From the IMG/VR virus record IMGVR_UViG_3300049988_000263: 64,000 bases of DNA; one strand, 5' to 3'. The position numbers and the translations under genes are program-made. This document shows, piece by piece, positions 27,340 through 35,627 of this stretch. This DNA is from a virus. Under the pieces are notes generated by a model. It saw nothing but the letters and a program-made list of their open reading frames with translations, made no database searches and had not been told where the DNA came from. Positions within the stretch are counted from its first letter, which is position 1, and every line of letters starts with the position of its first letter.

Positions 27340-27644
27340 CACGCGAGATCGGAGAACCCTGCTTCACCCGCCCCAGGGTTACCCCGCTGGCTAAGCGCTG
27401 CGTGAACGAGATCACCGTCGCCCTCGCTGGAGCCGGAGTCGCCGGGATGTGGCGGATGGTCGATTGGATAGAAGACCCCGACAATGCCTGCCGTGGGGCG
27501 TTCCTGTTCGCCCACCAGAGCGAGGGGTCTCAGGACAGTGAGATGCGCCGCCTCGACGCGGAGAGTTGGCAGTCTGGCAAGGGCATCACGATGCGGTTCG
27601 AGTGCCCTATCACGGCGATGATGGTCAAGATGAGGTTTGGATGA
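27336..27644 (+). CDS. FKxRW-family small protein
   Basis: Ends FECPITAMMVKMRFG. Confidence 0.7.
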   Translation: MTREIGEPCFTRPRVTPLAKRCVNEITVALAGAGVAGMWRMVDWIEDPDNACRGAFLFAHQSEGSQDSEMRRLDAESWQSGKGITMRFECPITAMMVKMRFG

Positions 27645-27871
27645 TCTCGATCACTGACATCGACGGGCACCCGGCTGTCCGTTTCCGCTTGACCTTCGTA
27701 CCGTCCAGCATTGGGTACGGAATGTCCCTGGAGATTCCCGTCGAGATCACCGCGTGGCTAGCCGAGAATGTCCCGAAAGGCCGATATCAGATTCGGCACG
27801 ACCTCTCACACGCTATTGCATCGTTCCTCGACGAGGAACACCGCTTCGCCTTCAAGATGCGGTTCGGTTGA
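27641..27871 (+). CDS. FKxRW-family small protein
   Basis: Ends FLDEEHRFAFKMRFG. Confidence 0.75.
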   Translation: MISITDIDGHPAVRFRLTFVPSSIGYGMSLEIPVEITAWLAENVPKGRYQIRHDLSHAIASFLDEEHRFAFKMRFG

Positions 27872-27966
27872 CCGGAGCCGCACTGGCGCCTGAGGCGAGG
27901 GGGTGAAACCCAAGGCGTCAGGGCGGCACCGGTCTAGGTCGAGCCTAGAGGCAAGCTAGGCGTTTG

Positions 27967-28890
27967 TCACGCATCGATGAAGCGACACTCAAACTCTTGC
28001 GCGAAAGCGCGCTCACCCAGGGCATTCCGTTGCGTCGTGGCCCAGGCTTCATCCCGATCCGGATGGCAATCCCACGGAGCGAAGAACGGCGCGATCCCAT
28101 TCTGCCCACGACCATTGTCATCCACCTGAGTCTGCGACCCCTGCCAGACCTTGTGGAACAGGTCCCCGGTGAAGTTTGGCGTCGAGGTGAGGATGAAACG
28201 TGACGTGGGATTGCCCATCATCACCTGCATGGCATCCCACAGGTCCGGGCCAAGGCTGTGTGAGATATAGGCGAGTTCGTCGATGATCGTCAGCGAGATG
28301 GTCAGACCTCTAAAGGAGCCCGAGCCAGCCGCACGGGCCACGATCCGAGTCCCATTGTCGAAGCAAATCGCACCCTTGTTGTACTCGGTCGTGCCCATCT
28401 GAATATGCGGGGGTAGCTGCTCATAGATGAATCGGATTCGCTCCATGATCTCTAAGGCCCCGGCATATCGAGACGAAATGACCATCACGGTCTTATTGTC
28501 ATGAAATAGCGCGAACCACAGCGCATAGATCGCGATACAGGTGGTTTTCCCCATCTGCCGGGCCATATTCACCACGGTCCGAGGATTTCCCTGATAGAAA
28601 GCAAGAAGATGTTTCTGGAAGGGATACGGTTGGAACTTGATCGAACCCTTCACCGGGTGGTTGACGTGGCAATGCTTGGAGAATTCGAGAACACTTTCCG
28701 ACGCCTTGACGAGGTCCCGCATCTCTTCGAACAGGTAGGACTTCGCGGGTTCCTTCTTTGGTGGCGTGACCGGGGAAATGTAGTCGGCGATCGCGTTGGC
28801 TTTTAGGAACAGATCGTTAAGATTCGTCATTCCGGGATGCAGGCGAATGGCCGCATCGAGTGCGTGAACGCGCACTTGCTTCTTATCCAT
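27967..28890 (-). CDS. T4 gp17-like terminase ATPase domain (no nuclease domain)
   Basis: HPVKG..FQPYPFQ, Walker A MARQMGKTT, Walker B IIDELA, motif III TSTPN; ends at QEFECRF. Confidence 0.85.
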   Translation of the reverse strand: MDKKQVRVHALDAAIRLHPGMTNLNDLFLKANAIADYISPVTPPKKEPAKSYLFEEMRDLVKASESVLEFSKHCHVNHPVKGSIKFQPYPFQKHLLAFYQGNPRTVVNMARQMGKTTCIAIYALWFALFHDNKTVMVISSRYAGALEIMERIRFIYEQLPPHIQMGTTEYNKGAICFDNGTRIVARAAGSGSFRGLTISLTIIDELAYISHSLGPDLWDAMQVMMGNPTSRFILTSTPNFTGDLFHKVWQGSQTQVDDNGRGQNGIAPFFAPWDCHPDRDEAWATTQRNALGERAFAQEFECRFIDA

Positions 28891-28986
28891 AATGGTTTCA
28901 CTTCAAATATACCTGCCGAGTCGTCTCCGCCCGCCACAGGACTAACCCGTCGTCTCCGCAGGCTAGCGCGAATATTTAGTCTGGTG

Positions 28987-29346
28987 TTAAAAACCCACAA
29001 CTTGTACGAAAATCCGTGTGGGCGTGGTCATGAATGCTGCGCCGTTCCACACGCCGCCAAGAAAAATTCCACCAGACGCCGGGCGCAAAACCCATCCGGT
29101 GACCTGGGTGGACGTGTAGGTTCGCACCGTAGCGATCGGAATCGAGTTGATTGAAGTCTCGTTGGATTGCGCCGTCGCGACCACGCTGATCACTTGGGTG
29201 AAATCAGCCGCGTCCACATCGAGCTTCCAGCTACCGTCGCTCGATGAGGTTACCTGACCGGCCCAGATTCGAAACTCTTTTCCTTGAGGTAATGCGACGC
29301 TTGGCGCGGTTACGACTCGGTCTTTTCGAGGAGGATAATAAGACAT
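28987..29346 (-). CDS. Small beta-rich, probably structural protein
   Basis: 119 aa, T/S/V-rich. Confidence 0.5.
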   Translation of the reverse strand: MSYYPPRKDRVVTAPSVALPQGKEFRIWAGQVTSSSDGSWKLDVDAADFTQVISVVATAQSNETSINSIPIATVRTYTSTQVTGWVLRPASGGIFLGGVWNGAAFMTTPTRIFVQVVGF

Positions 29347-29422
29347 ATTCTAGTTAGGGTTTAACATCGCACATAATAACCTATCACAAAAATGTTTTGT
29401 CTTAAAAATCATAAATACATTC

Positions 29423-29539
29423 GAAGTAGATGCTCAATGGTTAAAGTCCATCCCTTGGCAGGCGTCGGGACGGTCCATGAAGGACGAGCTTTGGTTACGG
29501 GGGAAACCCCATCGGGTTCGATTCCCGGCTACCTCACCA
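29423..29539 (+). ncRNA. tRNA-like RNA (117 nt)
   Basis: GAAGTAG/CTACCTC-ACCA acceptor (6/7), D-like GCTCAATGGTTAAAGT, T-arm TCGGG-TTCGATT-CCCGG; starts 5 nt after CATAAATA. Confidence 0.6.
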
Positions 29540-29557
29540 AATCTTCTAAATAGGTCT

Positions 29558-30169
29558 ATGCGCAACTGGATCGACTCCGTCAGGCTTCTGTTCGAGAAGC
29601 ACAAGCGCGAGCCGGTCATGCCGCTCGCAACCTTCATTGCTAGGAATGGCGGACTGGAACTTGATAGCGACGTGGAGGCGGCAGACTTTCATAAGCTGTA
29701 TGTTCCCGGCGCAGGTCCACTGGCACGTAAATCGGGCAAGTCGATCGATGGGTTCTGGCGTGAAGCTTTGGCGGATGCTGGCTTTATCGAGCGTGACGCA
29801 GATGGGTATATCTCCCGCGACATCCGCAACGAACTCTTCGACCTGCTTCACGCGGAGCAGAAGGCTCGCCTGTTCGGGACTCGAATCGCGGGTGAGTATC
29901 ACCACGGCGAGAACGAGGAATTCGCCGAGATCGAGGCGAGCATCGTCGCGGCGGTCAAGCACTACGGATTCCGGGTCGAACCCCATCTGGTCTCGAAGGC
30001 CGCGCTGATCCTCTGGAATGGCCAAACTGATGACCCTCTTGAGGCGTACGAACACGCCGTGATGGCTGAGCCCGAGGGCGAGCCGGAAGCCGCTCACGTG
30101 CCCGCCCAGGCGCCACGAAAGCCTATGCCCGTACCCACACGGGTCTCCGACGACGATCCACCATTTTGA
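29558..30169 (+). CDS. Hypothetical protein
   Basis: Start moved to MRNWIDS because the longer ORF overlaps the tRNA-like RNA. Confidence 0.55.
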   Translation: MRNWIDSVRLLFEKHKREPVMPLATFIARNGGLELDSDVEAADFHKLYVPGAGPLARKSGKSIDGFWREALADAGFIERDADGYISRDIRNELFDLLHAEQKARLFGTRIAGEYHHGENEEFAEIEASIVAAVKHYGFRVEPHLVSKAALILWNGQTDDPLEAYEHAVMAEPEGEPEAAHVPAQAPRKPMPVPTRVSDDDPPF

Positions 30170-30185
30170 TTGACAGACTATCAAA

Positions 30186-30527
30186 TTGAGCTACATTTAT
30201 GGGATGAAGCATGTCTTTGGCCTCTCGCCATTAAACGACGAATCCCAAGAATCCATGGCAATGGTCAGGGATTGCTGGCCCCATAGGGTGGCCTGCGTGA
30301 ACCCGCTCGGGGATGGCGTCAGCCCGGCCCACCAATTCTGCGTCGATCGGTATGGCCCATGTGCGAGCGTTGTCGAGTGGGCCAAGGATAAGGGACAAGC
30401 GCCCGAGCGGGTTACGCTGGATACCGATCTGACCTGGGTAAATACTGGCCGGTGCTTCTACTTTCGTAACGCCGATCAGGCGTTCGAGTTCAAGCTCGCC
30501 TGGGGACAGCCCGATTATGATTCATGA
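30186..30527 (+). CDS. FKxRW-family small protein
   Basis: WVNTGRCFYFRNADQAFEFKLAWG. Confidence 0.75.
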   Translation: MSYIYGMKHVFGLSPLNDESQESMAMVRDCWPHRVACVNPLGDGVSPAHQFCVDRYGPCASVVEWAKDKGQAPERVTLDTDLTWVNTGRCFYFRNADQAFEFKLAWGQPDYDS

Positions 30528-30807
30528 ATTCTGGATCAAACGGAAACGGAATCAATCTCGTGTTGCGGTTCGGTTCAGCAACACCATCTGGACCAACATG
30601 GTCCGGTACTCGGCGCCGTTCAGTCACGAGACCCCCGTTCACCTCTGGTGCGAGGGACAGTTTGGACCCTGCGGGAGCCTCGTCTTAGAGGATAAGCCGT
30701 TCGAGAAGGTATGGCTCGATACCGACCGTGCCTGGGTGAACACAGGAGCGTTCTTCTGCTTCAAGGACCCCAACCACGCGTTTCATTTCAAGATGGCCTG
30801 GGTATGA
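30517..30807 (+). CDS. FKxRW-family small protein
   Basis: WVNTGAFFCFKDPNHAFHFKMAWV. Confidence 0.8.
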   Translation: MIHEFWIKRKRNQSRVAVRFSNTIWTNMVRYSAPFSHETPVHLWCEGQFGPCGSLVLEDKPFEKVWLDTDRAWVNTGAFFCFKDPNHAFHFKMAWV

Positions 30808-31127
30808 TCAAAGTGGTGAACATCTCGGCTTGGGCGCGGATGTCTGAGCGAAGCCGCAAACGGGTCAACGCCAGCGATCCGAACCAACAAGTCGCCCTAC
30901 AGTGGCCCCATCGGGTCCCGCACGACCACGCGTTTCGTGATGACGGCTCCGTCGTGATGGATTGGCTGGAGGAGAATTTCGGCCCATGCGGGTCTCAGGT
31001 GTGGCAGGATGCGGATTCCGATCGTATGCTGAACATCGAGACTGACTCCGCCTGGGGCAAGGTCGGTGGCGGCTTCCACTTTCGCGACCCCGATCACGCA
31101 TTCGCGTTCAAGATGCGCTGGGGATAG
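30804..31127 (+). CDS. FKxRW-family small protein
   Basis: Ends FRDPDHAFAFKMRWG. Confidence 0.8.
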   Translation: MIKVVNISAWARMSERSRKRVNASDPNQQVALQWPHRVPHDHAFRDDGSVVMDWLEENFGPCGSQVWQDADSDRMLNIETDSAWGKVGGGFHFRDPDHAFAFKMRWG

Positions 31128-31130
31128 CCG

Positions 31131-31340
31131 ATGAAGTTCGAGTACAGCCGCAAGATCGAGGGGCAGCATCACTTCTGCTGCTTCCCCCAGGGAATGACCG
31201 CAAACGAGAATTTCGTCCGCTTCGTCACCTCTGGCCAGAAGTGGGCCGAGCGGCGTGGGGAATGCGAGCGGGCTGGGCTCTACGTCCTGCTGATCCGGGA
31301 CGACGACCTTGCCATGGAATTCCGTATGAGGTGGTGCTGA
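31131..31340 (+). CDS. FKxRW-family small protein (MKFEY subtype)
   Basis: Ends IRDDDLAMEFRMRWC. Confidence 0.8.
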   Translation: MKFEYSRKIEGQHHFCCFPQGMTANENFVRFVTSGQKWAERRGECERAGLYVLLIRDDDLAMEFRMRWC

Positions 31341-31633
31341 TGGTTAAGATGTTCGAAATTAGAGAAGTTAGAGAAGTGGATAGTCCCGGTTACAGGTTTT
31401 TTTTGAAAGAGCATTGGCCATACTGCGGCGAGATGAACGCTATTTTTTTGATAGATCAGTCTCAGAGGTATCGAGCACAAAAGTGGTGTCGCACGCGATT
31501 CGGAGATCAGGCAAACCGCGAATCAAGCGGTCAGCTTTTCTATAACACGAAGCGCTCCTGGGTTAACGTTCATACGTTTTTCCGCTTCAGAAACGAGAAT
31601 GACGCGTTCGAATTTAAGATGACCTGGGGATAA
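31340..31633 (+). CDS. FKxRW-family small protein
   Basis: Ends FRNENDAFEFKMTWG. Confidence 0.8.
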   Translation: MVKMFEIREVREVDSPGYRFFLKEHWPYCGEMNAIFLIDQSQRYRAQKWCRTRFGDQANRESSGQLFYNTKRSWVNVHTFFRFRNENDAFEFKMTWG

Positions 31634-31692
31634 TGGGAACGCATAATTTTATTATATATCGCGATGACGATTAACCGAAGGATGGCGTACAT

Positions 31693-31920
31693 ATGAGAAC
31701 AACCGAATCACCGCGAACCCTGGTCTACCTCGATCATGTGGAATTCGATTTCACCAATGACGCCGGGGTACGCTCGCGTCGATCGGTCGAATTCCATAGC
31801 TTCCAGTATCTAAACGGGACGATCCTGCTGAGCGCCTGGGACTTCGACAAGAAGGCCCAGCGATCGTTCGACGTCACCAAACTCTCGAACGTCACGGCCC
31901 AACGAGGGCCGCGCTCGTGA
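31693..31920 (+). CDS. Small WYL-like hypothetical protein
   Basis: FDFTNDAGVRSRRSVE...LLSAWDFDKKAQRSFDVTKL resembles the WYL Y....G..R.V.P...C..R...R.F pattern. Confidence 0.5.
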   Translation: MRTTESPRTLVYLDHVEFDFTNDAGVRSRRSVEFHSFQYLNGTILLSAWDFDKKAQRSFDVTKLSNVTAQRGPRS

Positions 31921-32129
31921 AGTTCGAGTACGAGCAAGAGACGCGCTACGGTAAGCACTGCTTCACCTGCTTTGGAACCGATGCGCACTCGCACGACGAA
32001 GTGATCGCGTTCGTCGATGAGGCGGCGTGCTGGGTCGGTGAACAGGGTGGCGGGATTCGCCACCACAGATATGCGATTCTCATCGACTCGGACGACCTCG
32101 CGTTCGAGTTTAAGATGCGGTGGTGCTGA
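31917..32129 (+). CDS. FKxRW-family small protein (MKFEY subtype)
   Basis: Ends IDSDDLAFEFKMRWC. Confidence 0.8.
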   Translation: MKFEYEQETRYGKHCFTCFGTDAHSHDEVIAFVDEAACWVGEQGGGIRHHRYAILIDSDDLAFEFKMRWC

Positions 32130-32380
32130 TGATCACATACGATCGACACCTTAAGAACCGGTCCGCCATGCCTCATCGATTCGAGATCAAAGAATCGTCC
32201 AAGTTGATCCTCGACGATATCGTTGCATGGTGCCAGGAACAGTTCGGGGAACCGTTCCCCGGTCCCTTTTCGGGTCGCCCCGCCAGTCCAGATGAATTGT
32301 GGTGCGGCATGTGGGGAAACGAAGTAATCTTCATCCGACACGACCGGGATGCATTTAATTTCCGCCTGCGGTGGTGTTGA
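32129..32380 (+). CDS. FKxRW-family small protein
   Basis: Ends IRHDRDAFNFRLRWC. Confidence 0.8.
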   Translation: MITYDRHLKNRSAMPHRFEIKESSKLILDDIVAWCQEQFGEPFPGPFSGRPASPDELWCGMWGNEVIFIRHDRDAFNFRLRWC

Positions 32381-32616
32381 TGCCACGCTTCACCTACGAT
32401 TTCGAGAACACAAACTACGCAAGATTCCCGCACGCGTTCTCACTCGTCGGCGAGATTGAGAATCTTCGCATCAAAGATGCCGTCCACTTCGTGACCGAAG
32501 CCGAGAAATGGTGCGCCCAAGCGTTCGGCGAGAAATCCTACTGGCGCTCCAGCATGTTCGTGCTCCGCCTGCACACGGACGACCAAGCCTTCGCATTCCG
32601 CCTGCGTTGGTGCTGA
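32380..32616 (+). CDS. FKxRW-family small protein
   Basis: Ends LHTDDQAFAFRLRWC. Confidence 0.8.
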   Translation: MPRFTYDFENTNYARFPHAFSLVGEIENLRIKDAVHFVTEAEKWCAQAFGEKSYWRSSMFVLRLHTDDQAFAFRLRWC

Positions 32617-32680
32617 AATTTCATCTTGTAATTCGAATTGCACCGGTTATGTAGGCAATACGAATTCACGAGGGCGCCCC

Positions 32681-33130
32681 ATGTACGACTGGTACAAGGT
32701 CCAATCGATCGTCACCGAATCCCTCCCCCGTGATGCACTCCGGCGCCTGCGCGAGATGGAAGCGGAGATCGAACAGGACGTGGAGCGGCAAACCGCATTC
32801 CTCAGCCGGGTGCGCGATCGGATCGACGGACTCACCAAGGTGATCGGTGACGAACCCACCCTCAAGACGAATGACGTTCAGGCCCTGGTGGATCGGATCA
32901 ACCACGAGCCGGATACCCTGCGCAATCAAGTGATCAAGGTGTTGCTCGCAGCAGACTACCCCATGACCCCCAAGGGCGTGAGCGAGTGCATCCCCGGCGC
33001 TCAATACCACGAAGTCTGGCGCGTGTTCTCCAAGCCCAAGAAGGGCATGAAGGCCCTGGTCCAAGAACCTTTCATCAATACGATCGGCTTCGGAAGGGAT
33101 CGACGCTACGAGATTCCGAAGAGCACGTGA
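32681..33130 (+). CDS. Hypothetical protein (coiled coil plus possible wHTH)
   Basis: GAGGG SD; 149 aa. Confidence 0.6.
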   Translation: MYDWYKVQSIVTESLPRDALRRLREMEAEIEQDVERQTAFLSRVRDRIDGLTKVIGDEPTLKTNDVQALVDRINHEPDTLRNQVIKVLLAADYPMTPKGVSECIPGAQYHEVWRVFSKPKKGMKALVQEPFINTIGFGRDRRYEIPKST

Positions 33131-33157
33131 AGGAACAGAAATCTCGTTCGACGGTTA

Positions 33158-33189
33158 TTGACACGCGTTTTGCACTCCCGGTATAAATA
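33158..33189 (+). promoter_or_regulatory. Promoter of the Met/Cys/Pro/Tyr/Phe leader
   Basis: TTGACA-N18-TATAAATA; shares TTGACACGCGTTT with the promoter at 5080. Confidence 0.75.
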
Positions 33190-33194
33190 AAATC

Positions 33195-33263
33195 ATGAAC
33201 ACGATGTGCCGCCCAATGCCGTATTTTCCCACCAAGGGGGCTCAGCCCACCGTGGAGCGGTAA
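33195..33263 (+). CDS. Attenuator leader peptide MNTMCRPMPYFPTKGAQPTVER
   Basis: Same promoter-leader-terminator layout as 5117 and 23870. Confidence 0.75.
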   Translation: MNTMCRPMPYFPTKGAQPTVER

Positions 33264-33292
33264 CACGCGCATATCCATAGGTGAGGTTTCGA

Positions 33293-33322
33293 GCCCCGGT
33301 CGCGAAAGCAGCCGGGGTTTTT
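33293..33322 (+). terminator. Attenuator terminator 3
   Basis: GCCCCGGTCGCGAAAGCAGCCGGGGTTTTT, nearly identical to terminator 1; GAGCCCC (33291-33297) pairs with GGGGCTC (33237-33243). Confidence 0.85.
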
Positions 33323-33435
33323 CTTTGCCTATAGCGTTCCCAAGTCAGACTCACCGAGTCAGATAACGGGGAAGCTGTGTCAGTAATAAAATTTGAGAGT
33401 ACTGAAAATACTTTCAAAAAAATTCAAATTAGTCG

Positions 33436-33464
33436 TTGACACCAAGATCGAGATGGAGGATAAC
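33436..33464 (+). promoter_or_regulatory. Possible sigma70-type promoter for the ncRNA/tRNA cluster
   Basis: TTGACA-N17-GATAAC. Confidence 0.5.
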
Positions 33465-33480
33465 AGGACAACGAAACGAC

Positions 33481-33710
33481 GGAACAAGTAACCGATCACA
33501 TCAAGGCTGGTGTAACGGCAGGATACCCAAAGCGCACCTTCACTCTCGCATCTGAGAGGTCGGATCGCCAGGGCCGAAGTCGAAATACGGTCTGACCGTG
33601 ATAGGCGCCTATCTGATCAGGACGTGCATGCCCGGCATGGAACCGGGAGGTGGGGCCGACTTATAAATCGGATTCCCGATTGTCATCTGATGTGATCGGT
33701 TACTTGTTTC
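33481..33710 (+). ncRNA. Structured ncRNA module A
   Basis: 21-bp perfect closing inverted repeat 33483-33503/33688-33708; GGATACC, GGCCGA, CTGAC motifs. Confidence 0.7.
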
Positions 33711-33713
33711 AGA

Positions 33714-33880
33714 AGAATCGTTGAATGATCTCATAGCTGGGGGCGTAAAAGGTAGGTCACCTTAAGGGCGATTGATGGCCTCAAAGGCCGATACCAAAAC
33801 TGACGCAAAGGAGTTTTAAACTCCTAGGAAAGGTATGAATCCCTTCCCAGATTGACACTATGAGATCATTCAACGATTCT
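33714..33880 (+). ncRNA. Structured ncRNA module B
   Basis: 23-bp perfect closing inverted repeat 33714-33736/33858-33880; GGTCACC, GGCCGA, CTGAC. Confidence 0.7.
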
Positions 33881-33882
33881 AA

Positions 33883-34055
33883 AAGGACGAAGAACAGACC
33901 GTAGTAAAGAGGTCCGGGCAGGACACCAAAGCCACGTAGGCTTAGGCCGATGCCCGCGCTGACAAACAGCGCTTTAGTGGGACGCCATGCATGAAACATG
34001 GAGGAGTCGGCGCAATACCGGCCAAGTCACCTACTACGGTCTGTTCTTCGTCTTT
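33883..34055 (+). ncRNA. Structured ncRNA module C
   Basis: 21-bp perfect closing inverted repeat 33886-33906/34032-34052; GGACACC, GGCCGA, CTGAC. Confidence 0.7.
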
Positions 34056-34288
34056 AAGAGGTAGGTAGTTAACCGTACTTGCACTAAGATAATCAGTTGG
34101 TCACCTCGGATGTGCGCACATCCAGGCCGAAACTGACACCATTCGCTGCGTAAGCAAAGGCTCCAAGGGTGAGACTGATCATCCACCTTTGAAGCTGGCG
34201 GTGGGAGGCAATCTGGCGAGTTTGGAACTCGTGAAATCTGGGTGAGAATCCCAGGTGAGACATGAGTACGGTTAACTATCTACCTCTT
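34056..34288 (+). ncRNA. Structured ncRNA module D
   Basis: 24-bp closing stem (one G-U) 34056-34079/34265-34288; GGTCACC, GGCCGA, CTGAC. Confidence 0.7.
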
Positions 34289-34290
34289 AT

Positions 34291-34374
34291 GGGAGAGTGT
34301 CCCGAGCGGCAATGGAGGCAGACTGTAAATCTGCTGCGTAAGCTTCGTAGGTTCGAGTCCTACCTCTCCCACCA
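34291..34374 (+). tRNA. tRNA-Tyr(GUA)
   Basis: Cloverleaf, loop CTGTAAA, variable arm, ACCA end. Confidence 0.95.
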
Positions 34375-34567
34375 AGAATTACCGAACGGTAATAAAAACC
34401 GTTTATTACCGTTCGGTTATAACGATGCTCGACAGCAGAATGAGGCTGGCGGATGGGAATCCATGGTAGTGCCCACCGTGCCCTTCGGGGATAGGTGGTG
34501 TGATTCCCCAAGCATCGACCAGAGATCGAGACCTGCGCGTTCTGCGGTGCGCCCATGGTCTCGTCGT

Positions 34568-34646
34568 CGGGGTGTAGCTCAGTCAGGTAGAGCGCTCGGT
34601 TTGGGACCGAGAGGATTCGTCAGTTCGATTCTGACCGCCCCGACCA
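34568..34646 (+). tRNA. tRNA-Pro(UGG)
   Basis: C1-G72, loop TTTGGGA, ACCA end. Confidence 0.93.
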
Positions 34647-34714
34647 AAGAATACCGGTAGGAGGAGCACCCGTTCCTCTCTAAGTCGCCCTGCGGATGGA
34701 GGGTAGAGCCAAAT

Positions 34715-34790
34715 GCCTCTGTAGCTCAGTTGGTAGAGCTTTCGATTGAAGATCGAAGAGTCGGCGGTTCGAGTCCGTCTGGAGGCACCA
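34715..34790 (+). tRNA. tRNA-Phe(GAA)
   Basis: Cloverleaf, loop TTGAAGA, ACCA end. Confidence 0.95.
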
Positions 34791-34899
34791 ATTCGTCCTC
34801 CCTGAGTAATTGGGAAGGATAACAGGGTAGAAGTGGGGTTAGATCACTGCAACGTTCGGAACGTTGCAAACTCGGGGCAGCGCCGGGTACCCTGACCAC

Positions 34900-35400
34900 T
34901 TACTGTCGCTTCCGCCACGCGTCTATGTAGGCCATGATCTTGGCCTCGACGAGGTGGCGGAAGCGGGAGTGCCAATATTGGTGATGATTTGGACATAGCG
35001 GGATGAGATTCCCAGGCTCGTTGTTCGAATTATCGCCATCGAGATGATGCACTTCGACGATGTTCTCTTCGTCGCAGACAACGCATCGTTTCGAATGGAA
35101 GTGAAAGCAGGTGGAGCGATACCGGGATTCTTTCCAGTTCGCAGAATCTGGTCCAGAGCGGAAATGGGTGTTTGCGCATCCGTATCCGCAAGTTGCTGAT
35201 GTCTTGTAGTTCTTTATCGGAGAATCGCAGACAATACAGGGTTTTAGATTCGACGGATTCAGGTGGCACGACGCTTCGTGTTTCTTGATGTTACCAAGAG
35301 TTCTTTCGGCAGAACAGTAGCGACAGGCTTCCTTCCGGACAGCCGCTCGGCGCGCTTTCTCAAGATTCTGGTAATGTTGTTCGGATCGATTATAAGACAT
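34900..35400 (-). CDS. HNH homing endonuclease within the tRNA cluster (antisense)
   Basis: CxxC motifs; VEVHHLDGDNSNNEPGNLIPLCPNHHQYWH. Confidence 0.9.
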   Translation of the reverse strand: MSYNRSEQHYQNLEKARRAAVRKEACRYCSAERTLGNIKKHEASCHLNPSNLKPCIVCDSPIKNYKTSATCGYGCANTHFRSGPDSANWKESRYRSTCFHFHSKRCVVCDEENIVEVHHLDGDNSNNEPGNLIPLCPNHHQYWHSRFRHLVEAKIMAYIDAWRKRQ

Positions 35401-35465
35401 GTCAGAGTAAGGCTTAATGAATAAGCATACTCTGACAGATCGGTTGGACTCAGGTCCATAAGTTT

Positions 35466-35540
35466 GGCAGTGTAGCTCAGGGGTAGAGCAGACGACTCAT
35501 AACCGTCAGGTCGGTGGTTCGAAGCCACCCACTGCCACCA
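35466..35540 (+). tRNA. tRNA(CAU): Met or Ile2
   Basis: Cloverleaf, loop CTCATAA, ACCA end. Confidence 0.92.
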
Positions 35541-35546
35541 AGGTTT

Positions 35547-35621
35547 GTTCGTGTGGTGTGAAAGGTTAGCCAGGGCTCTGCAAAAGCTCTTATGACAGTT
35601 CGAGTCTGTCCACGAACTCCA
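35547..35621 (+). tRNA. tRNA-Cys(GCA)
   Basis: Loop CTGCAAA, U73, CCA. Confidence 0.88.
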
Positions 35622-35627
35622 GGGTAT

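Noticed and set aside
29477-29557. Start of the 230-aa ORF at 29477
   Set aside because: Overlaps the T-arm and acceptor of the tRNA-like RNA; the start at 29558 is preferred.
33481-34288. RNase P RNA, group I/II intron or known riboswitch
   Set aside because: Could not find the RNase P GAGGAAAGUCC/ACAGAA..CGGCUUA, group I P7 or group II domain V signatures by eye; an Rfam scan is still needed.
34381-34418. 16-bp perfect hairpin after tRNA-Tyr, and GC hairpins at 34425-34565 and 34795-34895
   Set aside because: Plausible spacer or processing structure; no shared motifs with modules A-D, so not called as separate RNAs.
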